Shown in pieces: positions 35,235 through 44,841 of a stretch of DNA of 64,000 bases (position 1 is its first letter; every line of letters starts with the position of its first letter). The stretch comes from Candidatus Fermentibacterota bacterium (GTDB lineage: Bacteria > Fermentibacterota > Fermentibacteria > Fermentibacterales > JCC-6), in the NCBI GenBank assembly GCA_963845085.1, contig CAWJQI010000005.1:813604-877603 (forward strand), written 5' to 3'. Under the pieces are notes generated by a model. The model was given only the letters and a program-made list of their open reading frames with translations. It did no database searches and was not told the origin of the DNA. A program made the position numbers and the translations under genes.

Positions 35235-36434
35235 TCAGCGCGAAAGCGCCGGGACAAGGTCACGCAGGGCTCTGGCAGCGCCCGCAAGCACACCGCAGTC
35301 GACAAGCTCCGGCACATCCCGTTCCGTGTGCGTTATTTCGGAACAGAGATGTGCGATGCTTTCGGAAACCAGCGCCATTGCCGGCCGCCCCCTCGATACG
35401 AAAACCATGTGGTCGCCCTGGTACCAAACGGGCCCCTCGAACATGCCGTCATGCCTCAGAACGGCTTTCCGGGCTGAATCGGCGAGCCCTTCAGGGCATC
35501 CGTAGAAGGAAATGCCGGTCCGCCCTTCCCTGTAGCCCACCAGGTCCATGTTCACTGCAAGTACGATACGGTCGAGTTCATCCCCGGGAAGCGCAAGGTA
35601 CAGGGACTGCCCGGGGGCGGAGTAGTAGTCCTCCCCGTTCAGCGCCAGCAGCTCCACGCAGAGGTTTCCTTCATACCCTTCCAGGAGCTTCGCAAGGGCG
35701 AGAAGAACGCACACCCCCGAGGCGTTGTCGAGCGCTCCCGGTGTTCCCTTCTTGGCATCGATATGGGCGCAGAACACAAGCCGGGGTCTGTCGGGTGAAC
35801 CCTTCATTCCCCGCACGTTGCAGCCCGTGGAGGGTATTCGCAACGATCCGACGGAAAGGTGCGCGTCGCTGCCGCACGCTCCCAGAAGCTTCTCCCCCTC
35901 GATGTCGGTTATGTACACCGACGGGATGGAAAAGTCACCGTCCTCGATCAGGGGGAAGGGATAGGCGGCACCCGCCAGTTCGGGATTGCGACCGGTCGCG
36001 GCAATGATCGCCGCCGGAGCCTTGGCCTCGAGTAGTGCTGCGAGCCCGGGGAAACTTGCCGGAATGAAGAAAGGAAAGTTTTTTGGTATGAGCTGCTCGC
36101 GTGCGAGCTCGCCGTGTATGAGAAGTATCCTGCCGGCGGCGTCGAGGGCGGAAAGCCCGGCAAGCGTCGATGCGGCGACGAGCGGGGCCGACCCCGAGTA
36201 TGGAAGGGTGTAGGGGGAGGGGTTCGCAGGAAGGGTCACTCCACCGATCCTGATAAACGCCTCGCCCGGTTCCCAGTCCAGGCAGTCGAATTCCTGCTGC
36301 ACCGCTTGGAATCCGCACAGGCGCATGTGATGCGCGAAGTAATCAGTCGCTTCACGGTTCCCGGGGCTTCCGACGTGCCTGTTCGGGATCCGCCGGCACA
36401 GCTCGTACAAATGCTTTTTAATCAGCTCTTCCAT
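35235..36434 (-). CDS. M28-family peptidase (aminopeptidase-like)
   Basis: FCAHIDAKKGTPGALDNASG metal-binding motif typical of M28. ALNGEDYYSAPG segment. Confidence 0.7.
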   Translation of the reverse strand: MEELIKKHLYELCRRIPNRHVGSPGNREATDYFAHHMRLCGFQAVQQEFDCLDWEPGEAFIRIGGVTLPANPSPYTLPYSGSAPLVAASTLAGLSALDAAGRILLIHGELAREQLIPKNFPFFIPASFPGLAALLEAKAPAAIIAATGRNPELAGAAYPFPLIEDGDFSIPSVYITDIEGEKLLGACGSDAHLSVGSLRIPSTGCNVRGMKGSPDRPRLVFCAHIDAKKGTPGALDNASGVCVLLALAKLLEGYEGNLCVELLALNGEDYYSAPGQSLYLALPGDELDRIVLAVNMDLVGYREGRTGISFYGCPEGLADSARKAVLRHDGMFEGPVWYQGDHMVFVSRGRPAMALVSESIAHLCSEITHTERDVPELVDCGVLAGAARALRDLVPALSR

Positions 36435-36491
36435 TCAAGCTTCCTGATCGGCGGGGACTCTCGCGACAGTGGTGCGAAGGCCGCCCGTCTG

Positions 36492-36917
36492 CTAGAACTC
36501 GGAAACCTCGGAGGTCATGCCGGAGAGAAGGGTCGCCGGCGACCAGGTTCTGACCTCGCCCTTTGAAAGCCGGAAAAGTGTCAGCGCACCCCATCCGTAC
36601 TTCTCAACAACGGGCTTGAGGAAAGTGAAACGAGTCTCAACGATGTTCTTCAGAAGATCCAGGTCGGAGAGCTTCTCCATGCGGCCGCGGATCCTTATCT
36701 GAACAGCCTTCCCGCCGTCCCAGTAACAGAGTTCCACCGAGGGATCGGCAATCAGCTGGATTGCAACATCCTTTGTCGAACCCGTGCAGAACGTCAGGCC
36801 GTTCTCGTCAACATGCGGAGTGTCCATTGCCCTGACCCGGGGCAGACCGTTCTCCACAGTGGCCATGAATGAAGTCGTGCAGTTCCTTACGAAATCCAGA
36901 ACCTCTCTGCGATCCAT
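36492..36917 (-). CDS. pyridoxamine 5'-phosphate oxidase-like FMN-binding (split-barrel) protein
   Basis: 141 aa. PNPOx/general-stress-26-like pattern (LPRVRAMD...DENGLTFCTGSTKD...YWDGG..VQIRIRG). Confidence 0.65.
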   Translation of the reverse strand: MDRREVLDFVRNCTTSFMATVENGLPRVRAMDTPHVDENGLTFCTGSTKDVAIQLIADPSVELCYWDGGKAVQIRIRGRMEKLSDLDLLKNIVETRFTFLKPVVEKYGWGALTLFRLSKGEVRTWSPATLLSGMTSEVSEF

Positions 36918-37068
36918 AACATCCCCTCTCTTTTGAGCCGGCGGAAAATAAGCGGCCTCACGGTGGACGAACAGCCGGGCTGACCCCGCCGCAGGTTGAC
37001 CGGGTTATCAGTGGGGGCTTATTCTCCATGCGAATGCTTGGTTCCCGGCATACACCCGAGGAGGGGTT

Positions 37069-37611
37069 ATGAAACACCTGTTGGCCGCAACGATTCTTTC
37101 TGCCGCCGTTTTCACGGCCGTCGCCGATGACGAGGCTTCGAACCGTCCTGTTGTATGGGCGTCGGAGTATGGCATCACATATGCAAAAAGCGTTCCGACT
37201 GAAGACTACGGCCAGGAGGGTCGCACCGTGCTGTATTCGGTGGAGGCGGAAGAGGACGTGCTGATTGCGAGTTACGACTGGTACTCCGGGGAGATGTACA
37301 TAGGCGGCCCGGGCGGGACCACCATTGTCAGGCTCGGGCCGTGGCAGCGCGGCGCATCACCCGGGGAAGATCATTTTGCGATCGGTTTCTACCGTGATTC
37401 CCGAACCCTCAGGGAATACTCAACCCTCGACCTCGAGGCCATGGGAAGCGGGATCTCGAACAGCGTGTCACATTACGAGGTGTTCGGCGAGCGCCTGGGT
37501 TTCCGATGGATCACCGGAAACGAATACGTCTTCGAGATAGCGGGGGTCAGCGGCAGGGTGTTCAGTTTCAGCCTGGAAACCGGTGAGATTCTTGAGGAAG
37601 CGGACAAGTAG
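37069..37611 (+). CDS. secreted hypothetical protein
   Basis: Signal peptide MKHLLAATILSAAVFTAVA. 180 aa. Confidence 0.45.
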   Translation: MKHLLAATILSAAVFTAVADDEASNRPVVWASEYGITYAKSVPTEDYGQEGRTVLYSVEAEEDVLIASYDWYSGEMYIGGPGGTTIVRLGPWQRGASPGEDHFAIGFYRDSRTLREYSTLDLEAMGSGISNSVSHYEVFGERLGFRWITGNEYVFEIAGVSGRVFSFSLETGEILEEADK

Positions 37612-37678
37612 CACGGAACAGGCAGATCAGTTCAGGCATGCCCGGCTTCTCGGGCAAAAAGGCAACTCCGAGCACTGA

Positions 37679-38902
37679 TCATGCCCGGACAAGACCGGGT
37701 GGTGAATTCAGCGTTTTCTCAAGCTGCCTGACCTTCTCAAGCGCAGCTTTCAGTCGCTTTTCCGACTCTGTGACCCTTCTTGTGGCATCGGCTTCTATCT
37801 CTCTCTCCCTGAGGCAGGTTTTGACCTCCGCGGCAATCCTGATCCGGGAGAGCTCGTCGTCCATGATCTCGGAGTGAAGATCCTCCTCCATCTCGACCAC
37901 CTCGGAGAGAACTTCATACGCCTCGGAGTGCCTCCCCAACAAAGCAAGCGCCCTGGCCTTGACGCGTTTCATCTCGCTCTTCGTGCTGTGGTAACCGGGA
38001 ATCATCGAGTACATCTCCTCGCACTCGTTCAGCACGCGAAGGGCCTCATCGGGGCTTCCCAGGTCAAGATGGCTTTTTGCGAGGTTCAACAGCACCAGAG
38101 CCTTGAGATTGGGTTTAAGCCCTGTTTCGGCAAGCACAAGGGCCTCTCCGCATATCTCCCTCGCCTGCTTCGGCAGACGGGCATCGAGAAGGGCGCTCGC
38201 CATGTTGATCAGCGAAAGGAGAACCTCGTACTGGTTGCCCAGTTCCTTCCTTATTCGCAGTGCCTCCCGATGACAGGAAAGGCTTTCCCTGGAGTTGCCC
38301 AGTTTGCCGTGCATCTGTGCGATTCCGTCGAGGCTGTAGGATACCCCTGTCCTGTCGGTGAGCGATGCAAAAACATCCATTGCCCGTTCAAGCATGACCA
38401 GCGCGGAATGGTACTCTCTGCGGCTTTTCAGGATCATTGCGATGTTCACCAGTGCGCGGGCCTTCTGCTGCTCGAGACCGTGCTTCTCGGACAGGTCAAG
38501 CACCTTCAGCTGGTACTCGTATGCGGTGGCCTTGTCGCCGAGGTTGTGGAGAAGGGCACCGCAGTTCCCGTAGACCACGGCGGCTCCGATGTAATTCCCG
38601 CCGGCCAGCATAAGTTCTGCGGCGTCAAGATTCTTTTCGAGCGATTCCTTCAAACGGCCATGTTTAAAATGATGGTTCGCGAGAAGACGGGTGAATTCGG
38701 CTCTTACTCCGGCCAGGCCCGTCACCCCGTCCGTGAGTTTCAGGGCCTTCGAACAGGTTTCTTGCGCCAACTCGTCCCGGTCGCCCTCAAGGGCTTTCTC
38801 GGCGAATGCAAGAACCTTTTTGGCAAGGTCGGCAAGGCGTGATGGATCCGCTGAGCGGATCTCATTTCCGAGCAACTCGAGTTCAGGGCAGGCTGATTCC
38901 AT
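37679..38902 (-). CDS. tetratricopeptide-repeat protein
   Basis: ORF 37679..38950. Start likely the ATG at 38902. Multiple TPR-like helical repeats (AYEYQLKVLDL, ALVNIAMILK...). C-terminal coiled-coil. Confidence 0.6.
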   Translation of the reverse strand: MESACPELELLGNEIRSADPSRLADLAKKVLAFAEKALEGDRDELAQETCSKALKLTDGVTGLAGVRAEFTRLLANHHFKHGRLKESLEKNLDAAELMLAGGNYIGAAVVYGNCGALLHNLGDKATAYEYQLKVLDLSEKHGLEQQKARALVNIAMILKSRREYHSALVMLERAMDVFASLTDRTGVSYSLDGIAQMHGKLGNSRESLSCHREALRIRKELGNQYEVLLSLINMASALLDARLPKQAREICGEALVLAETGLKPNLKALVLLNLAKSHLDLGSPDEALRVLNECEEMYSMIPGYHSTKSEMKRVKARALALLGRHSEAYEVLSEVVEMEEDLHSEIMDDELSRIRIAAEVKTCLREREIEADATRRVTESEKRLKAALEKVRQLEKTLNSPPGLVRA

Positions 38903-39146
38903 TCCACCACTTTCGCAAAAGCAACACAAGGATACATTACCGAACGACAATAGGCAAGCTCAGGCATATGCAATGCGTATGACTGACACTAAGGCGCAAG
39001 GTAAATGGTGTTTCAATAAACGTGGAATGAAATATTCCCCCGCATGCAAAGGTACCCGTATTTTTCTTCAGTGGAAACAGATACATGGATGAATGCAGGT
39101 TTCCCGGCATGGCCTTGAAACCGCTGCCCTCTGCTTCCGGTCCGGG

Positions 39147-40385
39147 CTATCTGATGAAGAGCACCCTGGCGGATGCCTTCTGTTCAAGGTTTCGCAGCAC
39201 CACGAAATAAACGCCTGCCGCAAGATCGCTGCCCTGCGAATTCCTGCCGTCCCAGAAAGCGGTTTGCACGCCCGCCGGACAGCTGCCGAGTTCCTGCGCG
39301 TGAACAAGGCGGCCGGCAGTGTCATAGACTTCGAGGGTCGTTGCGGAAAGGCCCGGTGATTCAAACACAACCGAAGTACCGGTGCTGAAGGGGTTGGGCT
39401 GAACCGAAACGATCTCCAGCATGCAGGCGGATCCGCCCTCACCTGCTGAGTTCGTTATCTCCCTCAGACCGAGGCTGTGGTAGTTCCCCGCCGCGACTCC
39501 GACAAAAGACTCGTTCGGAGGGGGAACATCGCATTGAGCGTAATAGTTGTAGCCCCAGGCCGAAATGGTTCCGTCATTGCGCAGCCCCAGGCTGTGCGAA
39601 TCCCCCCCGACCGCCGAATTGAAACCCGTGTTTGGCGAGGGCACCTGGCACTGGCCGTACGAGTTGTAGCCCCAGGCGATGAGGGTTCCGTCAGCCTTGA
39701 GGCCGAAGCTGTGATCGGCCCCGCACCCGACCGCCACAAAACCCGTGTTGGGCCAGGGCACTTCACACTGGTCGTGCGCGTTGGAGCCCCAGGCGGCTAT
39801 CGTGCCGTCCGACCTGAGGCCGAGGTTGTGATGCGAACCGGCGGCTATGGCAATGAAACCCTCGTTGGGCTCGGGAACATCGCACTGGCCCATGTCGTTC
39901 CGGCCCCATGCCTCGATCGATCCGTTGTCCCTCAACCCCAGCGAGTGCTGGTAGCCGGCCGCAATTGCGATGAACGACTCGTTCGGTTCAGGCACGTTGC
40001 ACTGGCCGTACTCGTTGTAACCCCAGGCAACGATCGAGCCCGACTCCTTCAGGCCCAGGCTGAAAACCAGCCCGCCGGCAACCGCTTCGAAGCCTTCGTT
40101 GGGCTCGGGTACGTCGCACTGACCCACAATGTTGTAGCCCCAGGCGACAATCTCACCGCTTTGAAGCAGGCCCAGGCTGTGGCTGCCGCCCGCAGCGACC
40201 GCCACGAACCCCTCGTTGGGCTCGGGAACATCGCACTGGCCGTACTCATTGTTTCCCCATGCGAGAATCCCGCCGTTGTAGTCGGCTCCGGCAGCCCCGG
40301 AAAAAACAAGCACAAGAATCGGAACAAACGTCTTTTTAAACAGCCTTTTCACAACATGCCCTCCTGTTTTTGCATAATTCAGCAA
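39147..40385 (-). CDS. RCC1-like repeat protein with T9SS C-terminal sorting domain
   Basis: ~8 tandem ~34-aa units of the form (I/V)(V/A)AWG.N..GQCDVPEPNEGF(V/I)A(V/I)AAG..HSLGL. C-terminus QPNPFSTGTSVVF...VYDTAGRLV...AAGVYFVVLR...RVLFIR is a T9SS CTD. Confidence 0.7.
   Translation of the reverse strand: MLNYAKTGGHVVKRLFKKTFVPILVLVFSGAAGADYNGGILAWGNNEYGQCDVPEPNEGFVAVAAGGSHSLGLLQSGEIVAWGYNIVGQCDVPEPNEGFEAVAGGLVFSLGLKESGSIVAWGYNEYGQCNVPEPNESFIAIAAGYQHSLGLRDNGSIEAWGRNDMGQCDVPEPNEGFIAIAAGSHHNLGLRSDGTIAAWGSNAHDQCEVPWPNTGFVAVGCGADHSFGLKADGTLIAWGYNSYGQCQVPSPNTGFNSAVGGDSHSLGLRNDGTISAWGYNYYAQCDVPPPNESFVGVAAGNYHSLGLREITNSAGEGGSACMLEIVSVQPNPFSTGTSVVFESPGLSATTLEVYDTAGRLVHAQELGSCPAGVQTAFWDGRNSQGSDLAAGVYFVVLRNLEQKASARVLFIR
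39485..40280 (-). repeat. nucleotide-level tandem repeats (~100 nt period) encoding the RCC1-like units
   Basis: Recurring ...gtgccccgagcccaacgagggcttc... / ...gcctgggg(c/t)tacaac... blocks visible on the plus strand as reverse complements. Confidence 0.5.
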
Positions 40386-40599
40386 TTTGGTATCTGTATC
40401 TCCGTTACATCCAAGTCAACCCTTGGTGCGCCCTTTCGGGGAAGATCACAGAAAGTGCTCGGAACGGGAGGCGGGCTCTTTTTCCGATCGCTGCAATATC
40501 GAAAAGATGTTCATTGTGTGCTCCCCGGATGCTCCGGGGTGATGAAGAAAGGGAGGCCTCGAACCGAAGCCTCCCGCGTGATTCATGGAAGAATAAACC

Positions 40600-40764
40600 T
40601 CAGTGGCTGCAGCAGCAGCATCCTCCGGCTTTCTTTCCCTTTACTTCCATCGGTTCGCCGCAGCAGATAACTTCGCAGTCCTCGCACCCGCAGCTCTTCG
40701 TTACTTCAAGCTCCACGCCGCATTCCTTGCAGACGAGTTTGTCCCCGACCTTGATTGGCTGCAT
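40600..40764 (-). CDS. desulforedoxin-like small metal-binding protein with poly-Cys tail
   Basis: 54-aa ORF, below the 60-aa track cutoff: MQPIKVGDKLVCKECGVELEVTKSCGCEDCEVICCGEPMEVKGKKAGGCCCCSH. Matches the desulforedoxin pattern GD..x.C..CG....V........CCGE.M.. (D. gigas Dx: [33 protein letters not shown]). AAGGGG RBS 7 nt upstream. 215 nt upstream of the RCC1-like gene on the same strand. Confidence 0.6.
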   Translation of the reverse strand: MQPIKVGDKLVCKECGVELEVTKSCGCEDCEVICCGEPMEVKGKKAGGCCCCSH

Positions 40765-40956
40765 TTCATCCCCTTTCCAGGGCTGGCATTACTGAAGGGG
40801 CACTCCTTCGAGCACCGATGATTCCGATCGTTTGCATGAGAATATAATTCCCTGTTCGAACAGGGAGGAATTCCGGGCACCTTGTCACAGAACTCCGCCG
40901 GAGCGATTGTCGTGCTTGTCACACGGCGGCGGACGGAGAGAGAAAGGCTGGCACAC

Positions 40957-41907
40957 ATGATCGATCCGGCAGGCAGGAAAACCCTCATCAGGGCCGCGGT
41001 ACTTGTCGTGCTCGCCGTTCTGACGCTGCTGGGCGTCACGAACATTCTGCTCGACAACACCGTTGGGAAACTGATCGTGGACCCGGCCCGGGCATACGTG
41101 GCTGATGCCAGGGAGGAGGCGCTGAACGGGTTCCTTTTGCTGAGCGCGGTAAAGGCCATTGTGGCGATCGTTGAAGATTCCGATGTCGGCGGGTTGCAGG
41201 TGGGCGACATCGTGCAGTCGCTTTATGACGCAATAGACATCTGCTGGAAGATGATGTTCGTCAGCCTGTCGACCCTCGTCGTGCTCGAGTTCCTGCTCTC
41301 CCTCTCCTCGCTGCTGTCCAAATGGATGATCGGGATCACTCTGCTGGCCTGGCTTTTGTTCACCGTCACGAAGAGGGATCTCCCGAGGAGGCTGCTCACG
41401 TTCTTCGCCTCTATGGCCTTCCTCTTCTACCTTGCAGTGCCCGTTTCACTCGTTCTGGCCTCCCACATCTCAAGGAGCATCACTGAACCGGTCAGGAACG
41501 AGTTCGACACAGCGCTCGAAGAGCTGAAAACGAAGTACGAGGCGGAGGTGGAGCTGCTGAGGCAGGACAATATCGTGGGCTTCGGCGTCACAACCAATCC
41601 GGCGAACTTCCTCGGCGCAACGGTGAACCTGCCGACGGCGGTCAACCTGTCATTTCCCCTGATCGACTCGGTGGAGAGACTGGCGGATGAGCTGAAGGAT
41701 GTTTATGAGAAACTTGTCGAGCTTCTCTTCACTTCAGGCATCGCCTGGCTTTTCGACGTGCTCATTGTTCCGGTTGGCCTGCTGTACGTTTTCTACAGAA
41801 TAAGCCTTATCCTGCTTGAGAAACTTGTCGGAGGCGATTCGGCATCACACCTGCAGAATGCCGTTGAGAAGGCATTTAAGAAATCCGGTGCCGGCAAGGC
41901 TTCGTAA
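40957..41907 (+). CDS. membrane protein, unknown function
   Basis: ORF 40882..41907 has a TTG start; the ATG at 40957 (MIDPAGRKTLIRAAVLVVLAVLTLLGV) is more plausible. Several TM helices. Confidence 0.5.
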   Translation: MIDPAGRKTLIRAAVLVVLAVLTLLGVTNILLDNTVGKLIVDPARAYVADAREEALNGFLLLSAVKAIVAIVEDSDVGGLQVGDIVQSLYDAIDICWKMMFVSLSTLVVLEFLLSLSSLLSKWMIGITLLAWLLFTVTKRDLPRRLLTFFASMAFLFYLAVPVSLVLASHISRSITEPVRNEFDTALEELKTKYEAEVELLRQDNIVGFGVTTNPANFLGATVNLPTAVNLSFPLIDSVERLADELKDVYEKLVELLFTSGIAWLFDVLIVPVGLLYVFYRISLILLEKLVGGDSASHLQNAVEKAFKKSGAGKAS

Positions 41908-41970
41908 GGCTGCGGGGGCATCGTGGCGCAGGGATCGGAACGCAACCTGAAGGCCCCACGACCGGTCCGG

Positions 41971-42456
41971 TCAACCGACAGCTTCCCCCACCGCCTCCAG
42001 AACAGCTGCCACGTGGCCAGTTACCTTCACGTTTGGCCAGACCTTCTCGACGATGCCTTCGGGGCTGATAAGAAAAGTTGATCTGGCAGCGCCAAGGTAT
42101 TCCCTGCCGTAATTCGCCCTGAACCTCCAGGCGCCGTACGCTTCGTGGACAAGATGGTCGGGGTCGCTCAGAAGCGTGATGGTCAGGCCATTCTTTTCCC
42201 TGAAGCTCCGGTGAGTGGCGCGGGTGTCACGGCTTACGCCTGCGATCACCGCACCAAGCTTCTCAAACTCGTCCTTCCTGTCGGAGAACTCCCGGGCCTC
42301 GGTGGTGCAGCCCCCTGTATTGTCCCTGGGATAAAAATAGAGAACCAGCCATTTCCCCCTGAAATCCCCGAGTCGAACTTCCCGCCCGTCATGATCCTTC
42401 AGGGCGAATTCGGGGGCCTTCGACCCCTGAGCCGGGATTGTGTTTTCCATAGCCAT
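41971..42456 (-). CDS. bcp: thiol peroxidase / peroxiredoxin Bcp
   Basis: FYPRDNTGGCTTEA (peroxidatic Cys in the ...P.D.T.GCT.E motif). 161 aa. Confidence 0.85.
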   Translation of the reverse strand: MAMENTIPAQGSKAPEFALKDHDGREVRLGDFRGKWLVLYFYPRDNTGGCTTEAREFSDRKDEFEKLGAVIAGVSRDTRATHRSFREKNGLTITLLSDPDHLVHEAYGAWRFRANYGREYLGAARSTFLISPEGIVEKVWPNVKVTGHVAAVLEAVGEAVG

Positions 42457-42778
42457 TCCTTTCGCGCTGTTTCCGCGCGGAATATGGAGCGGCTTTTCTG
42501 CGGTGCCCAGCCGGACAGGGGCTGCTGTCTGTCAATGCGCTTCACTTGCTGTATCTGCGCATTCGGGCCCTTGAAGCACGAATACACGCTTTGCATTGAT
42601 TGGCATTGATTTCCGGAAGTAATTTTGAATCCCTGCAGGGTTGCGGTATCTTTTGCGTGTTTTTCCATCCCTGTGAATCTCTCCGAGCCCCCGGGGCTAA
42701 AGCACGGTGCCATGCCCCCCGGGCCGATAGGGTGTACCTGGAAACGGTTGCGCCTCCCGCATTGGAAAGGAGACTACC

Positions 42779-44401
42779 ATGAACGCCATTCTGCAGATTC
42801 CGAGGCCCGGCAACGAGCCGGTTCTGGACTACCGCCCCGGAAGCCCTGAGAGAGAGGCTTTGAGTGCTGCTCTCTCATCATTCCGTTCCTCACAAACGGA
42901 GATTCCGCTTCTTATCGGAGGCAGGGAGGTTCGGACGGGAAACCTCGGGGAATGCCATGTTCCTCATGATCATGGTCACAAACTGGGCGTTTTCCACAAG
43001 GCCGGGGCCGCCGAGGTCGCCCTTGCCGTGGAAGAGTCACAGAAGGCCTGGAAGACATGGTCGCGCACGCCGTGGGAGGAGCGGGCCGCAGTCTGTCTCA
43101 AGGCGGCTGAACTGGTTTCCAAAAGATTCCGGAACGTTATCAACGCCTCCACAATGCTCTGCCAGAGCAAAACCGTTCATCAGTCGGAGATAGATGCGGT
43201 TTGCGAGATGGCGGATTTCCTTCGGATGAACACTTGGTTCATGCAGCGGATCTATCAGATGCAGCCCGAGAACTTCGCCGCTACCTGGAACAGGCTTGAA
43301 TACAGGGCGCTTGAAGGCTTCGTGTTCGCCGTCTCGCCGTTCAATTTCACGTCGATCGGAGGCAATCTGTGCATGGCGCCGGCGCTTGCCGGGAACACCA
43401 TCATCTGGAAACCAGCCTCAACGGCAGTGTACTCGAACTGGGAACTGATGAAGGTGTTCCGTGAGGCCGGTCTTCCCGATGGAGTGATCAACTTCGTTCC
43501 CGGCGACTCGGGTGAAGTAGGACCCGCGGCACTTCTGGACCGCAGGCTTGCCGGAGTTCATTTCACCGGTTCGAACCGCGCCTTCAACAGCATGTGGAAA
43601 ACCGTGGCGGGAAACATCGACAGGTACAGGACCTATCCGAGAATCGTCGGGGAAACCGGCGGCAAGGATTTCGTTGTTGCGCACGCCTCGGCCGATGTGA
43701 GAGGCCTTGCAGCATGCCTGATCCGTGGAGCATTCGAGTTCCAGGGGCAGAAATGCTCGGCCACATCGAGGGCATACATCCCGAAATCGCTCTGGCCCTC
43801 CCTCAAAGATATCATGGCACAGGACCTGGCCACGGTTAAAACAGGTCCTGTCGAGGACTTCGGCAACTTCATCGGCGCGGTCATAGACAGGGCTTCCTTT
43901 GACAACATCCGTTCGTACATCGACTACGCCCGCAAATGCCCGGACTGCGAGATCGCCATGGGTGGCAGGTGCGACGACTCCACGGGCTATTTCGTCGAAC
44001 CCACTGTCGTTTTGACGACCGACCCTCACTGCAGGCTGATGGAAGAGGAGATCTTTGGCCCCGTCCTGACGGTTTTCCTCTACGATGAGGCCGGGTATGA
44101 CGATGTGCTCGAACTCTGTGACAGCACATCCCCATATGCCCTCACCGGAGGCGTCTTCGCAACCGACAGGGCCGCAGTCCGCCTTGCTGAGGAGAAACTT
44201 GTTCACGCAGCAGGCAACTTCTACATAAATGACAAGACAACAGGCGCGACTGTTGGTCACCAGCCATTCGGAGGAGGGCGCTCTTCCGGCACGAACGACA
44301 AGGCCGGCTCTATCTACAACCTGCTTCGATGGGTGAGCATCCGCACCCTGAAAGAGTGCTTCAACACAGCCAGGGACTTCAGGTACCCGTTCCTCGGGTG
44401 A
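42779..44401 (+). CDS. pruA: L-glutamate gamma-semialdehyde (1-pyrroline-5-carboxylate) dehydrogenase
   Basis: Aldehyde-dehydrogenase family (ETGGKDFVV, FEFQGQKCSATSR catalytic Cys region, FGPVLTV). ~540 aa with the N-terminal extension typical of RocA/PruA. Confidence 0.8.
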   Translation: MNAILQIPRPGNEPVLDYRPGSPEREALSAALSSFRSSQTEIPLLIGGREVRTGNLGECHVPHDHGHKLGVFHKAGAAEVALAVEESQKAWKTWSRTPWEERAAVCLKAAELVSKRFRNVINASTMLCQSKTVHQSEIDAVCEMADFLRMNTWFMQRIYQMQPENFAATWNRLEYRALEGFVFAVSPFNFTSIGGNLCMAPALAGNTIIWKPASTAVYSNWELMKVFREAGLPDGVINFVPGDSGEVGPAALLDRRLAGVHFTGSNRAFNSMWKTVAGNIDRYRTYPRIVGETGGKDFVVAHASADVRGLAACLIRGAFEFQGQKCSATSRAYIPKSLWPSLKDIMAQDLATVKTGPVEDFGNFIGAVIDRASFDNIRSYIDYARKCPDCEIAMGGRCDDSTGYFVEPTVVLTTDPHCRLMEEEIFGPVLTVFLYDEAGYDDVLELCDSTSPYALTGGVFATDRAAVRLAEEKLVHAAGNFYINDKTTGATVGHQPFGGGRSSGTNDKAGSIYNLLRWVSIRTLKECFNTARDFRYPFLG

Positions 44402-44407
44402 TCATGC

Positions 44408-44433
44408 GCGCGCCGGGCTTCGGCCCGGCGCGC
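44408..44433 (+). terminator. rho-independent terminator downstream of pruA
   Basis: GCGCGCCGGGC-TTCG-GCCCGGCGCGC perfect 11-bp stem starting 7 nt after the stop, followed by TTTCCTC. Confidence 0.6.
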
Positions 44434-44565
44434 TTTCCTCAATTGAAAACTTGTCAAAACGCCTTAACGATGAGGCCCACACCGAAGCAACAATCAGGCT
44501 CAGCGGATTGCTGTCACGCCCACCCAAAGCTTGGCGGCAATACCGCTGCAGCCGATAGTTGTGCT

Positions 44566-44841
44566 CTATCCTGAAAACAACTCGGAATGGGAACCTGCTC
44601 TTTCAAAGATCAGCATATCGCTTTCAATCTTATAGATAAGGAGCCAATCGGATTCCACATGGCATTCCCGTCTGCCGATATAACTGCCAACAAGCTGATG
44701 ATCCTTAAAGATCGGATCAAGTTTCTTCCCGGCGATCAACGACCTGGCAATCAGCTTGAATTGATCAATGTCTTTCCCCTGTTTTTCCGCAAGTTTGATG
44801 TCTTTTTTAAATTGCTTCGTGAAAACAGGACGATACATCAA
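44566..44841 (-). CDS. yafQ: type II toxin YafQ (RelE/ParE superfamily mRNA interferase)
   Basis: 91 aa. ...DHQLVGSYIGRRECHVESDWLLIYKIE... matches YafQ HxL.G...G.RECHI.PDWLLIY. Overlaps the upstream antitoxin gene by 4 nt. Lower-GC DNA. Confidence 0.8.
   Translation of the reverse strand: MMYRPVFTKQFKKDIKLAEKQGKDIDQFKLIARSLIAGKKLDPIFKDHQLVGSYIGRRECHVESDWLLIYKIESDMLIFERAGSHSELFSG

Noticed and set aside
34718-36007. 429-aa plus-strand ORF spanning the HAD and M28 genes
   Set aside because: Antisense to two well-supported genes. Arg/Pro-rich composition.
39450-40300. Regularly spaced repeats that could be mistaken for a CRISPR array
   Set aside because: The repeats are in-frame coding units of RCC1-like blades (~100-nt period, no unique spacers). 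No cas genes anywhere in the window.
40603-40821. 72-aa plus-strand GTG ORF (MAAAAASSGF...)
   Set aside because: Low-complexity poly-Ala start and no features. The antisense 54-aa ORF has a clear desulforedoxin-like Cys pattern and an RBS.
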